A DNA stretch of 62,596 bases, the filler included, from Chiloscyllium plagiosum (lineage: Eukaryota): assembly GCF_004010195.1 (NCBI RefSeq). It is 4 parts of one record of this genome, joined end to end, with 100 filler letters (N's around TTAATTAATTAA, not from the genome) between each part and the next. Parts side by side here need not be neighbours in the genome. Positions count along the whole stretch, not along the records: positions 40,138 to 56,270 come from NC_057712.1; positions 56,371 to 62,596 come from NC_057712.1; 2 more parts are not named here. One strand, 5' to 3'. Within the stretch, counting starts at the first letter, position 1, and the number at the start of each line of letters is the position of its first letter. The notes under the pieces were generated by a model, which worked only from the letters and a program-made list of their open reading frames with translations, had not been told where the DNA came from and did not search any database. The position numbers were made by a program, and so were the translations under genes. Of this stretch, positions 49,401 through 62,030 are shown one piece after another.

Positions 49401-50640
49401 CCCTCACACTCCTTTAAGAACATGCAAATCCTGGCCCTTCTCCACCTCCAAACCAAAGCCATCTGCCAACTGCAGGAAGAATGCCTCATCTCCTACCTCA
49501 TGACCCTACAACCACATGGCATCAACATTGACTTCAGTAGTTTCCAAATCTCCACCTCCCCACTGCCAACCCCCCCACCCTACCACCTCATCCCAGATCC
49601 AACACTCCAACTTAGCACCGTCCTCTTGACCTGTCCTACCTGTCCATCTTCCTTCCACCTATCCATTCCACCCTCCCCAATTACTATCACAATTACCTCC
49701 CAGCAGCATCCACCTATCGCCATCTAATCTACCTTCTCCCAAGACCCACCCCCACCCCTCTATTTATCTCTCAGCTCCCTTCCCAGTTCACTTTCCTGAT
49801 GAAGGGCTTATGCCCAAAATGTTGATTCTCCTGCTCCTTGGATGTTGCCTGACCTGCTGTGCTTTTTCTAGCGCCACATTTTTTGGCTCTGATTCTCCAA
49901 CATCTGCAGTCCTCATTTTCTCCTATTAACCCAGAGACCCAAGTAATATACCTGGAATCTGGATTCGAATCCTGCCATGGTAGATAGTGGAATTTGAATT
50001 CAATAAAAATCTGGAATTAAGAGCCGAATGATAACCATGAAACCCTTTCCGAATGTCAGAAAAACCCATCGGGGTAACTAATCCTCTTTAGGGAAGGAAA
50101 CCTGGTCTCGCCTACATGTGTCTCCAGACCCACACTAATGTGATTGATTCCTAACTGCCTTCTGAGCAGTTAGAAATCAGTAATAAATGCCAAACTAGTC
50201 AGCAACACCCACATCCTATTATAAATTAGAAAAAGACAATCTTACCCGATCCAGTCTCTCTCTATAGGTCAGCCTCGTTATCCCAGGAATTAGTTTGATA
50301 AACATTTGTTGCACTCCCTCAGTGGCCAGACCATCCTTTTTCAGTTCAGGAAAGCAAAACTGTGTACAATGCTCCAGATATGGTCTTCCCAAGGCCCAAT
50401 ACAATTGCAGCAAGGCATCCCTGCCCCTTTAGTCAAATCCTTTCGCTATGAAGTCCAAATCATCATTTGCCTCCTTCAATACCTGCTGCACCTACATGCA
50501 TACTTTCAGTGATTTGTGTACAAGGATATGAATATCCCATTGCATCTTCCCCTTTTCCAATCTATCACTGTTCAGTTAATACTCTGTCTTCCCAGTTTTG
50601 CTACCAAAGTGAATAATCGCACATTTATCCACATTATACT
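46450..50640 (-). mobile_element. Old CR1 3' fragment (46450-46825 and 50230-50640) split by a SINE and a PLE
   Basis: LQLYWALGRPYLEHC ORF at 50219-50413; CR1 3' UTR at 46450-46800. Confidence 0.75.
46891..49923 (+). mobile_element. Near full-length degenerate PLE-A (Thr/Ala-rich N-terminus, RT, GIY-YIG, tail)
   Basis: LTEDECSALSKGLIFIP; LVLTLNNFSF..LQTRGVAIGTHMCP..YIDG; LYIGETG..FREHL; tail with decayed hammerhead at ~49793-49827. Confidence 0.9.
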
Positions 50641-53170
50641 TCAATGGTCCACCTCTGACCCTGCAAAGTCCTCCTTCCTGGAGGTTAATGCCAAACCTGA
50701 GAGAGCTGTCTCACGGACAAGTTAAGCAATAGCTTGACATAGTCATATTCATGGAATCAAACCTCACAGACAATGTCCTAGACATGACTATCACCATCCC
50801 TTGATATGTCCTGACCCATCAGCAGGACAGACCAAGCAGAGGTAGTGGGAGAATGGTATACAGTTGGGAGGGAGTTGCCCTGGTAGTCCTCAGCATTGAC
50901 TCTGGACCCCATGAAATCTCATGGCTTCAGTCTAAACACAGGCAAGAAATACTCTAGTTGGTTACCACTTACCAACCTCCTTCTGCTCATGAATCTGTAA
51001 TCCTCCATGTTGAACAATACTTGGAGGAGGCACTGAGGGTGGAAAGAGTAAAAATGTACTCTGGGTGGGGGATTTCAATATCCATCACCAGAAGTGGTTC
51101 AGCACAGCACTACTGATTGAACTGGTCAGATCCTAAATGACATAGCTGCTAGACTGGGTCTATGGCAGGTGGTGAGGGAAGCAGAAAGAGGGAAAAACAT
51201 ACTTGACCTCATCCTTGGTAAAAACAATGACTGCAGATGCTGGAAACCAGAGTCTAGATTAGAGTGGTGCTGGAAAAGTACAGCAGTTTAGGCAGCATCT
51301 GAGGAGCAGTAAAATCGACGTTTCGGGCAAAAGCCCTTCCTCAGGAATACCTGATTCCTGTATTCCTGATGAAGGGCTTGTGCCTGAAACATCGATTTTA
51401 CTGCTCCTCGGATGCTGCCTAAACTGCTGTGCTTTTCCAGCACCACTCTAATCTAGACCCTTGACTTCATCCTTACAAGTCTGCCAGCTGCAGATGTATC
51501 TATCCGTGACAGTTTCAGTAAGAGTGATCACCTCATCGTGTTTGTGGAGATAAAGTCCTATCTTGACGTCAAGAATACCCCCCATTGTATGGTGTGGCAC
51601 TATCAGCTTGGGACAGACTTCAAACAGATCTAGCAACTCAAACTGGGCATCTGTGAGATACTGTCCTCTAAGCACTTAGCAATGGACAATATATGTTAAA
51701 CTAGTCAGTAACACCCACATCCCATTAATGAAGCGATAGCAGCAGAATTGTACTCCAGCACAATCTGTAACATCATGGTCTTGCATATTCCTCACTCATT
51801 ACCATTGAACCAGAGTGATCAATGAAGCATGCAGCCACAGCACCAGGCATGCCTAAAAATGAGGTGTCTACCAAATGGACTACATGCATGTAAAATAGTG
51901 TAAGCAGCAAGTGATGGATAGAACTAAATGGTCCCACAACCAACAGATTAGTTATAAGCTCGTCAGTCTTGCCACATCAGTCATAAATCATGGTGGACGA
52001 TTAAACAACTCACTGGAGGAGGAGTCTCTATAAATATCCCCATACTCAATGACGGAAAAGCCCAGCACATCAGTGCAAAATATAAGGCTGAGGCATTTGT
52101 AGCAATCATCAGTCAGAAGTGCCTGGTGAATGATCCATCTTTGCTTCCTCCAGTAATCCCCAGCATCACAGATACCAGTCTTCAGCAAATTCGATTTATT
52201 CCACATGATATTATGAAAATGTTAGAGACACTGAATACTGCAAAGATTATGGACTGTGACAACATTCCAGCAATAGTACTGAAGAATTGTGCTCCAGAAT
52301 TAGCCATTCCCCTAATTAACTCTTCCAGTAATAATTACACACTGGCAGCTACCCGACAATGTGGAAAATTGCCGTGTGTCCTGTGCATAAAAAGCAGGAC
52401 AAATCCAACCTGGCCAATGACCGTCCCATTAGTCTACTCTCTATCCCCGGTAAAGTGATGGAAGGTGTAATCAACAGTGATACCAAGCAGTCACCTGCTC
52501 AGCAATAACCTGCTCAGTAATGCCTAGTTTGGGTACCATCCTAACCTCATTACAGCCTTCGCCCAAACATGGATAAAAGTGCTGAACCCTAGAGGTGTGT
52601 TGAGAGTGACACCCCGGACAACAAGGCCACAACCTTGGGGTTTCCGTTGACCAGAAACTCAACTGAAATTGCCACATAAACACTATGGCTACAAGAACAG
52701 GTGTACTGTGAATACTGTGGTGAATAACTCATCTCCTGACTCCTGCATAACTTTGGAACTCTCTGCCTCAGATGGGAGTGGGCTTTGGGTGGTTGAATAT
52801 TTTTAAAGTGGAGTTCAGTGGATTCTTGTTAGGCAGGAGAATTGAAGGTTGTCAGGAATAGATGGGAATATGGAAGGTGGAGCACAAGTAGATTGACTAT
52901 GACTTAATGGAATGGTGGAGTGGGCTTGAAAGGGCTGAATGGTCTTCTTCTACCCCCTCATTTGTCTGCTTGGATGCAAGGTATTCACCATCCAGTCCTG
53001 GAAATATATCACTATTCCTTCACTGTTTAGGAACTCAATTCCTAATAGCACTGACTGGTACCTTCAGTACACAGACTGCAACAGCTCAAGGTGGAGGATC
53101 ACCACCATCTCGAGGAAGATTTGGGATGGATAATATATGGTCACCTTGCCAGTGTGACTCATACGCTCAG
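50640..53170 (+). mobile_element. Degenerate non-LTR retrotransposon (APE + RT, CR1/L2-group, distinct from HER1)
   Basis: LWVGDFNIHHQKW, LDLIL, SDH, DNIPAIVLKNCAPELAIPL; deleted RT; nested CR1 tail at ~52745-52960. Confidence 0.75.
51217..51459. mobile_element. Palindromic PLE-A mini-insertion with two back-to-back hammerheads and 15-bp TSD
   Basis: Arms 51252-51350 and 51360-51458; cttgac(c/t)tcatcctt at 51202-51216 and 51460-51474; cores CTGAGGA (minus) and CTGATGA (plus). Confidence 0.9.
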
Positions 53171-53989
53171 AGTCAATTATTTTGAAATAAATCTGAAGTT
53201 ACAAATGTTTAGAACAACTCCCCTGCCAGTTGATGTCGCTTCCAAGATGGTTAAAAACAAAACCACACATGCAGTTATCTTGCTATCCCACACCAACCCT
53301 CCTGCTCCACCTCCAAGTGTTCCTGCCCTCCAGCAGCTCCCTCATCCTCCCACGCAGAGACAGGTTTCCTGCTCTGTGTCCCAGTTAGCAGAGTTTGAAG
53401 ATATGAATATAAAGAAGGTGGATAGATAGTGCTGGCTTTGGTTCGAGTGTTTAGAACTCAACTACCACCTACTGAGTCACCATATGCTCCCAGCCTGTTT
53501 TCTTTTCAAAAAAAAAACACACACTTCTGCTACCACGTGTGAATATTCCTGCATTTTACCAAATTGAATTTCAGATAGATTTATTTAGTGTGTATGTGTG
53601 TTGGCGGGGGAGGGTGGGGGGGGGGGGGGGGGGGGGAAATTTGTTAACCTTGATAATGTTCATCATCCAAGGGAAATTCCAGAGTGGCTTTCTGTTCCAC
53701 TTTGAGAATTCGGAACTGGGGACCATCAATGTATGATGGTCAGTAATAAATTCAGTTGGGAATTCAGGAGAATCTGCTTTACCCAGAGAGTGGTGAGATG
53801 GTGAATCTCACTACTGTGAGGAACAATTGATGGCAATAACATATTTAAAGGGAAACTAGATAAACATATGAGAGAGAAACAATTAAAAGGACAGGTTGAT
53901 TGAGTTTTACAGCTCAGAGATGGGCAGGGATGACACACTAAACTACAATAAATGACTGCAATAAATAAAATCAAATCAACAAAAAAAGT

Positions 53990-54250
53990 GAAAAACGTTG
54001 GATGCTGGAAAGCAATCTCAGAGGTTGCTGGAGAAATTCAGCACGTCGGGCAACATCTGTGGAGAGGAAGCAGAAATAACAGTTTTGTTTCAGTCATCCT
54101 TCCTCAGAACAGATTGTAGCAAAGAAAAGATTGGTATATATTGCTGAAGGTGGCTGGGAGGAGAGGAGGGGAAATAAATGATCAATACAGATATTGCCCA
54201 GAGAGAGAAAATAGCTAATGGACAGGAAAAGGAAAGGGAGAATCAAGTGC
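53990..54250 (-). mobile_element. Old PLE tail of another subfamily with decayed hammerhead
   Basis: Minus strand ttCTGAGGAagg..GAAAc..tctccacagatgttgcccgac..ctgaatttctccagca; similar scraps at ~25390-25480 and 30770-30915. Confidence 0.55.
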
Positions 54251-54446
54251 TGCAGATCATCCCTCAGTCTCCAAAGCTTGAGTGACTCCATGTCTCCATT
54301 CATTTTTATTTCCATTCCATTCTAACAGGTTGCAAAAGGCCATCACTGATTTCACACTGGATTGATCCTGACCTCTCAGTAATTATCTCTCAGCTATTGT
54401 TTATCTGTGGATGCAGATACAAAAAACAATCGACTTGAATAATCTA

Positions 54447-55091
54447 GTGCTCGTTGTTCTGGTTTTGTTCGCCGAGCTGGAAATTTTTGTTGCAAACATT
54501 TTGTCCCCTGTCTAGGTGACATCCTCAGTGCTTGGGAGCCTCCTGTGAAGCACTTCTGTGGTGTTTCCTCCAGCATTTATAGTGGCCTGTCCCTGCCGCT
54601 TCCGGTTGTCAGTTTCAGCTGTCCGCTGTAGTGGCCGGTATATTGGGTCCAGGTCGATGTGTTTGTTGATGGAGTTTGTGGATGAGTGCCATGCTTCTAG
54701 GAATTCCTGGCTGTTTTTTGTTTGGCTTGCCCTATAATGGTAGTGTTGTCCCAGTCAAATTCATGTTGCATTATAGGGCAAGCCAAACAAAGAACAGCCA
54801 GCGAATTCCTAGAAACATGGCACTCATCCACAAACTCCATCAACAAACACATTGACCTGGACCCAATATACCGGCCACTACAGCAGACAGCTGAAACTGA
54901 CAACCGGAAGCGGCAGGGACAGACCACTATAAATGCCGGAGGAAACACCACAGAAGCGCTTCGCAGGAGGCTGCCAAGCAATGAGGATGTCACCTAGACA
55001 GGGGACGAAACGTTTGCAACAAAAATTTCCAGCTCGGTGAACAGAACCACAACAACGAGCACCCGAGCTACAAATCTTCACCCAAACTTTG
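54447..55091. mobile_element. PLE-B inverted-tail insertion (~290-bp arms) with 12-bp duplication
   Basis: 54447-54735 is inverted relative to 54771-55061; aatctagtgctc at 54441-54452 and 55092-55103; hammerhead-like motifs at ~54490-54532 (minus) and ~54967-55018 (plus), each with a core mutation. Confidence 0.9.
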
Positions 55092-55439
55092 AATCTAGTG
55101 CTCTATACTCCACTTCAGAACCTGTAACCTTCCTTTTGTCATCTGGTCTTCCAAACACCTCTCGAGGCTTTACAACTGAATGCAGAACTGTACGCAGAAA
55201 GAGTGTTCGTTTGGGTTTCTTATGTTCTAATCATTCTATTCATTCAGCTCTCTGCACCCCGGTGGCATTCCCTCACCATTTTGCTGCTCTTTGTGGACTG
55301 TCTAGATGATGGGACTCGTCGGGTGATCAAATCATTTCTCCTGCAATTCTGAACTTGCTGCTTCTTAGCCTAGATTCGTACTGGACATGGAACATGCACT
55401 GTCACAAGTCTGGAAGCACAGAGATGTCCTTCAAAGCTT

Positions 55440-55640
55440 TTCTTGAGTGTCCCAGATATCAGAAACAGTTTTTGAACACACTGATGGCCTGCTCAATGGT
55501 GGCAGCATTTCTCTCATCTGTACTGAAGTTCCCAGCTGTAGCTATGTGTCACATTTGCAGGATATGTCTTCTATCTCTGCCGAATCAGTGTGTGACCCAA
55601 TGACACTGATTCCTGTGACCTGTGTGAAGCCTAGAACTCC
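55440..55640 (-). mobile_element. Harbinger (HARBI1-like) transposase fossil
   Basis: GFTQVTGI and RNAATIEQAISVFKNCF*YL resemble GFPQVxGxID and TRxTIEQAIGxLKxRFRCL. Confidence 0.45.
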
Positions 55641-56001
55641 CACATCCTGCTGAACAACTCAGTGGACTGTAATATAGCTATTCCTCAGAATACAGGGAGC
55701 CTTGGACATGTCCCAAAAGAAGCAGTGCACAGTCAACTGCGAGATGTTGCAGAAGAAACATGTCGCAACAATTGCCAATTTCAGAAAGCGCTGTTTATGC
55801 CTTGATCATGATTATAGTGAGTGGCTGTTGCAGAAAAATTTTAAAGAGGAGTCTGCGTCCGGTATTCAGTAGTACAAATCAATCTTTTTCAGAGCTTCTT
55901 TACCACATGTGGGAGAGGCCAGAGACCACTCTGAATCTGGCTTTCACATGGGGCCCAGTTATCCTCTAAATTATAGCTCAGATTGGAGGTTCAGTGATAC
56001 T

Positions 56002-56270
56002 GTTGAAACTTTATTGCTGGAACAGCACAGCAGGTCAGGCAGCATCCAGGGAACAGGAGATTCGACGTTTCGGACACAGGCCCTTCTTCAGGAATGAGCA
56101 GAGAGTGTTCAGCAGGAGAAGATAAAAGGTAGGGAGGAGGGACTTGGAGGAGGGGAGTTGGATATGTGATAGGTGGAAAGAGGTCAAGGTGAGGGTGATA
56201 GGTCGAAGTAGGGTGGAGGCGGAGAGGTCAAGAAGAAGACTGCAGGACAGGAAGGCGGTGCCGGGCTGGA
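56002..56270 (-). mobile_element. Young PLE-A tail with hammerhead (~56060-56095)
   Basis: Minus strand attc-CTGAAGA-a-gggc ctgt gtcc-GAAA-cgtc-gaat; very similar to 22216-22460. Confidence 0.85.
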
Positions 56271-56419
56271 NNNNNNNNNNNNNNNNNNNNNNNNNNNNNN
56301 NNNNNNNNNNNNNNTTAATTAATTAANNNNNNNNNNNNNNNNNNNNNNNNNNNNNNNNNNNNNNNNNNNNAGGCTCATCCGAGAAAACGAGATCTTTCTG
56401 GACAAGACCTTCAGCGATG

Positions 56420-56980
56420 GTCTCAAATTGCAGATTGAAGCTTATTGTATTATGGTCACTACTTCCCAATGGCTCCTTCATTTCGAGGTCCCTGTTCAAT
56501 TCTGGTTCGTTGCACAATACCAGATCCAGAATTGCCTTCTCCCTGGTTGGCTGCAGCACCAGCTGCTCTAAGAATCCATCTCTGAGGCACTCCACAAAGT
56601 CTCTTTCTTGTGGCCCAATACCATCCTGATTCTCCCAGTCTACCTGCATGTTAAAATCCCCCATAACAACTGTAGTAACATCTTTGCGACAGGCCAATTT
56701 CAGCTCCTGATTCAACTTACATCCGACATTCAGACTACTGTTTGGGGGCCTGTAGATGACTCCCAAGAGGGTCTTTTTACCCTTAGTATTTCTGCAGTTC
56801 TATCCACACTGACTCTACATCCCCTGACTTTAGGTCCCCCCGCGCAAGGGACTGAATATCCTCCCTTACCAACAAGGCCACCCCACCCTTCTGCCCGTCT
56901 AATAGCAATCACTTACCTTCCCGACCGGCTTTGCGCTCCGCCTGAACTTCCGCCCAGCTCCCGCCGCTCTCTGCTGTGAA
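56420..56980 (-). mobile_element. CR1 5' piece (CpG-rich 5' UTR joined to APE domain)
   Basis: GVIYRPPNS..MGDFN..LDLVLCNEP..SSDHN. Confidence 0.85.
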
Positions 56981-57170
56981 AAGCTGTGTAATATGATGTA
57001 CAATGGATGAGTGACACATGGCATAATGCAAATCTGGGTAAACAGTTTTGGGTGAGCTGAAAAGTCAAGCCAGGGAAGTGACAGTGGTCCTTAACTAAGT
57101 TAAACTTTTATATCCTGCCCATGCTTTCTCCCCCTTCCTCCAACACATCTGCAAAATGAGTGACACTTAC

Positions 57171-57296
57171 ATTGATTCCGTTCAGACATGTGCCTCCATT
57201 CAAGCACAGATCTGAGGAACACTTAGTGAGATCTGTCTCACAGTCATGCCCGGTAAACCCAACTGGACAATTACAGACAGATCTTGGCATTGTATT
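57171..57296 (-). pseudogene. Isolated Notch/Crumbs/EYS-type EGF-repeat exon, possibly degenerate
   Basis: Reads [37 protein letters not shown] and ends at a perfect GTAAGT donor (57170-57165). Six Cys in C4-C5-C6/C1-C2-C3 order. Acceptor is weak and the calcium-binding consensus DIDEC has become DLTKC. Confidence 0.6.
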
Positions 57297-57794
57297 CTAA
57301 CACACTTTACCAATGAGGCGTCGGCAAATCACAGCTCCTCATTACCTCGTCACAAAAAGATTCTTTAAAAGATGAGATCACAGTTATTTTCAGTGCAAAA
57401 TTTGAAAGCCTAGTATCACAGATTGACATGCACTACGTTTATCTCTATTATATCAGCCTTTATTCCTTTCAGAAGAATTGGCAGAAAGAAAATTGTGTAA
57501 TATGTTTGACATTTTCAACAAATCAGATTCCCCAAACATTCCCCAAGGACAAGAGGAGTTTTAGTTTGACTGGGATGAATATAAAAAAGAACATTCATGT
57601 AAGAATAAATGTCTATTAACTGACTGCATTGTAAAACAAACCTGCTCAGCTTGCTTTATAATAACCATGCACAAATGTTTTAATATTGACAGTTTTATGA
57701 TCAAAAATAATTTAATCACTGGTTTCTGGTGCATACTAGTAACACTTTAAACAGTAGCATGCACAATAAAAAGCCCAAAAGAAAATCTTCATTA

Positions 57795-60700
57795 CATAGA
57801 GTCATAGAGCTGTACAGCATGAAAACAGACCCTTCAGTCCAACTTGTCCATGCTGACCAGATATCCTAATTAGTCGAGTCCCATTTGCCAGAATTTGGCC
57901 CATATCCCTCTAAACCCTTCCTATTCATGTACCCAGCCAGATGTCTTTTAAGTGTTGCAATTGTACCAGCCTCCATCACTTTCTCTGGAATCTCATTCCA
58001 CACACATACCACCCTTTGCATGAAAAAGTTGTCCCTTAGATCCTTTTCAAATCTTTCCCTTCTCACCTTAAACCAATGCTCTCTAGTTTTGGACTCTGCT
58101 ACCCTGGGGGAAAGAACTTGGCTATTCATCCTATCTATGACCGTCAGGATTTTATAAACTTCTATTATGTCATTCCTTAGCTCACAACACTCCAGAGAAA
58201 ATAGTCCCATACTATTCAGCCTCTGCCTACAGCTCAAACCGTCCAACCCTGGCAACATCCTTGTAAATCTTTTCTGAACCATTTCAATTTTCACAACATC
58301 CTTTCAATAGCTAGGAGACCAGAATTGAACACTGTATTCCAAAATTGGCCTAATTAACATCTTGCACAACTGAAACATGATCTCCCCACTCCTATACTCA
58401 AAGTTTTCAAAAATGCAGCACATATAAACAAATTCTCATTGACAAAGTGGATATGTTAATTAAGACCCCATTCTAATGAACAGGTGTTATTGCAAAGTGT
58501 TATGATCTGGAATGTAACAGAAAAGCTGCTAGAAGCAGATTTAAATATAACATTCCGTACTTGAGAAGAAGTTACAGGGTCACAGGCATTGAACCAAGGA
58601 AGCAGGATCAAAAGCTCTTTCAAAGAACTGGCATGATGGGTGAATGATCTACTTCTGTACTATTCAGGGGACATGGATGGTTAAATGAGTGGGCAAAGGT
58701 CTGGCAGATGGAGTACAATGTTAATAAATGTGAAGTCATCCATTTTGTTAGGAATAACAGTAAAAAGGACTATTACCTGAATAGTAAAAAGCTGCAGCAA
58801 GCCACTGCACAAAGGGACCTGGGTGTCCTTGTGCCTGAATCACAGAAGGTTGGTCTGCAGGTATAACAGGTAATTAAGAAGGCAAACAGAATTTTGTCCT
58901 TCACTGCTAAAGAGAGTTCAAAAGCAGGGAGGTTATGTCACAGCGGTATATAGTGCAGGTGAGGTTACACCTGGAGTATTCTGTGCAGTTTTGGTCTCCT
59001 TACTTGAGAAAGGATGAACTGAAGCAAGAGGAGGTGCAAAGGAGGCTAAGTAGGTTGATTCCAGAGTTGATGATTTTAGCTTATGAGGAGAGACTGAGTA
59101 GACTGGGATTATATTCATTGGTATTTAGGAGAATGGTGGGGGAAATAGATAAGCTAGAAGTAGTGAGGATGTTTCCACTAGCAGGTGAAATTAGGACAAG
59201 AGGACATAGCCTCAATGTTAGGTGGAGCAGATTTAGGACTGAATTGCGGAGGAACTTCTTCACCCAGAGGGTTGTAAATCAAAGGAATTTTCTGCAGTTG
59301 AGGCTTCCACAGTACATGCTTTCAAAGCTAAGATAGATAATTTTTTGAACAGCAAAGGAATATAGTAAGGGTTATAGTGAGAGGGTGGGTAGAGTCATCG
59401 AGTCATAGAGATATACAGCATGGAAACAGACCTTTCGGTCCAACCTGTCCATGCTGACCAGATCTCTCAACCCAATCTAGTCTTACTGCCAGCACCCGAC
59501 CCATATCCTTCCACACCCTTCTTATTCATATATCCATCCAAATGCCTCTTAAATGTTGCAATTGTACTAGCCTACACCACTTCCTCTGGCAGCTCATTTC
59601 ATATACGTGCCACGCTCTGTGTGAAAACGTTGCCCCATAGGTCTCTTTTGTATCTTTCCCCTCTCACCCTAAACCTATGTCCTCTAGTTCTGGATTCTCC
59701 CACCCCAGGGAAAAGACTTTGCCTATTTCCCTATCCATGCCTCTCATAATTTTGTAAACCTCTATAAGGTCACCCCTCAGCCTCCGACACTCCAGGGAAA
59801 ACAGCCCCAGCCTGTTCAGCCTTTCTCTATAGCTCAAATCCTCCAACCCTGGCAACATCCTTGTAAATCTTTTCTGAACCCTTTCAAGTTTCACAACATC
59901 TTTCCGATAGGAAGGAGACCAGAATTGGATGCAATACTCCAACAGTGGCCTAACCAATGTCCTGTACATCTGCAACATGACCACCCAACTCCTGTGCTCA
60001 ATACTCTGACCAATAAAGGAAAGCATACCAAACGCCTTCTTCACTATCCTATCTACCTGTGACTCCACTTTCAAGGAGCTATGAACCTGCACTCCAAGGT
60101 CTCTTATGTGGAGCTGAGGCCACAAAAAGATCAGCCATGATCTTATTGAATGGGCAGAAGAGTGGCAGAAGGAGTTTAATTTAGATAAATGCAAGCTGCT
60201 GTATTTTGGAAATGCAAAACGGGACAGGACTTATATACTTAATGATAAAGGTCCTGGGGTGTGTTGCTGAACAAAGAGACCTTGGAGTGCAGACTCAAAG
60301 TGGAGTCGTAGGCAGATGATAAGATAGATAAGGAGGTGTTTGGTACACTTGCTTGGTCAAAGCATTGTGTGTAGGAGTTGGGAGGTCATGTTGCAATGAT
60401 TAGGCCATTTTTGAAATTCTACATACAATTCTGGTCTCCCAGCTATAGTAGGAATGTTGTGAAACTTGAAGCGGTTCAGAAAAGATTTTCAAGGATGTTG
60501 CCAAGCTTGGAGGGTTTGACCTATAGGGAGAGGCTGAATAGTATGGTACTATTTTCTCTGTTGCAATGGAGGCTGAGGAGTGAACTTATAGAGGTTTATA
60601 AAATCATAAGGGGCACAGATAGGGTGAACAACCAAGGTCTTTTTCCCAGTGTAAGGAGATCAGAATTAGAGGCATAGGTTAAGGTGAGAGGGGGGATCTA

Positions 60701-62030
60701 AGGGCAACTTTTTTATGCAGAGGGTGGTGCGTGTGTGGAATGAGCTGCCCAAGGAAGTGGTGGAGGTGGGTAAAATTACATTTAAAAGGCATCTGGATGG
60801 GTATATGAATAGGAAGGTTTTAGAGATATAACAGCCAAATGCTGGCAACTGGGATGAGACTACCCTAGGACATCTAGATGGCATGGACAAGGTGGACCAA
60901 AGGGTCTGTTTCCATTATGTATATCTCTATGACTGTATATGGCAACACTGATTTCTGATCATGTGCAATCTGAAGGCCCTAACTGGCAAGCAGAATCACA
61001 ATATTGCACTCAATGTACTCTATGAATGGCAGAAAACTCAGAGGCTCAGAAGAACACAGAAAACTTGAGGTGCTTTTCCACAATCCCTGAAGTTGAGAGG
61101 ATAAGTTAATAGAATACTTAAGACGACATACAGAATGCTTGCCTTTATCAGTCATAGCATAGATGGTAAGAGCAAAGAGGTCATGATGGAGCTGTACTGA
61201 CTTTGGTAAGGCCACAGATGAAGTAGTGTGTACAGTTCTGTTCACCGCACTACAGGAAGGACGTGATTACACTGGAGGGAGTGTAAAGTAGGTTCATCAG
61301 AATGTTGCTTGGGATGGAGCATTTCAGCTATGAAGAGAGACTGAACAATTGCAGATTGTTTTCTTTGGAGCAGAGAATTGTCTGAGGACATCTGATGGAG
61401 GTGAAGATGATGAGGAGTTGCATGGACACGTTGAATAGGAAGCAGCTGTTCTCCCTGGTCAAAAGGTCAATAACAAAGGGATACTATCCTAAAGTGGAAG
61501 GCAGGAGGTTTAGAGGGAACTTCAGAAATAATCTTTTACCCATAGGGTGGTGGGCATCTTAAATGCACTGTCTGGGAGGGTAGTTAGGGCAGGAAACTTC
61601 ATTTACTTTAAGAAGTAGTTGGATGAATACTGAAAATGTCATAACATGCAAGGCTATGAGCCTAGTGTGGGGAAAAGACTTTATAGTAGCAAGGAATCAA
61701 GATGGCGCTAAAGAGTGGTAACTCTTGTTCCAATGGTGATGGAGCAGCGAAGGGGACCCATGCCTAGCCACTAGGCCAATGGTGGACCACCTAACAAAAA
61801 GAACTTTGAACATCTTTTTTCTTTATTTTTCTGCCTTTATATGCTATGTTTTGACTTTCTGTGTTTTAAGATGGTGCCAGAGAGGGATGATACTATTTAA
61901 CACTTTTCACTGTATTTTGTAACAAAATACAAGTGACAATAAATAAAATCAAATCAAATCAAATAGTGGTATATTTCTGGTGGGACGGACTTGATGGGCC
62001 TATGGACTTCTGTATTGCATGATTCTATGA
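57795..62030. mobile_element. Cluster of CR1 3' fragments: 57795-58405 (-), 58665-60150 (+) with nested 59391-60103 (-), 60150-60935 (+), 60980-62030 (+)
   Basis: Repeated LEYCVQFWSP/VQKRFTRMLPG motifs and CR1 tails; a short unclassified element with (aatca)n tail is nested at ~61690-61962. Confidence 0.85.

Noticed and set aside
53601..53637. Long G-run as a G-quadruplex element
   Set aside because: A simple homopolymer whose length is unreliable in this assembly, with no other support.
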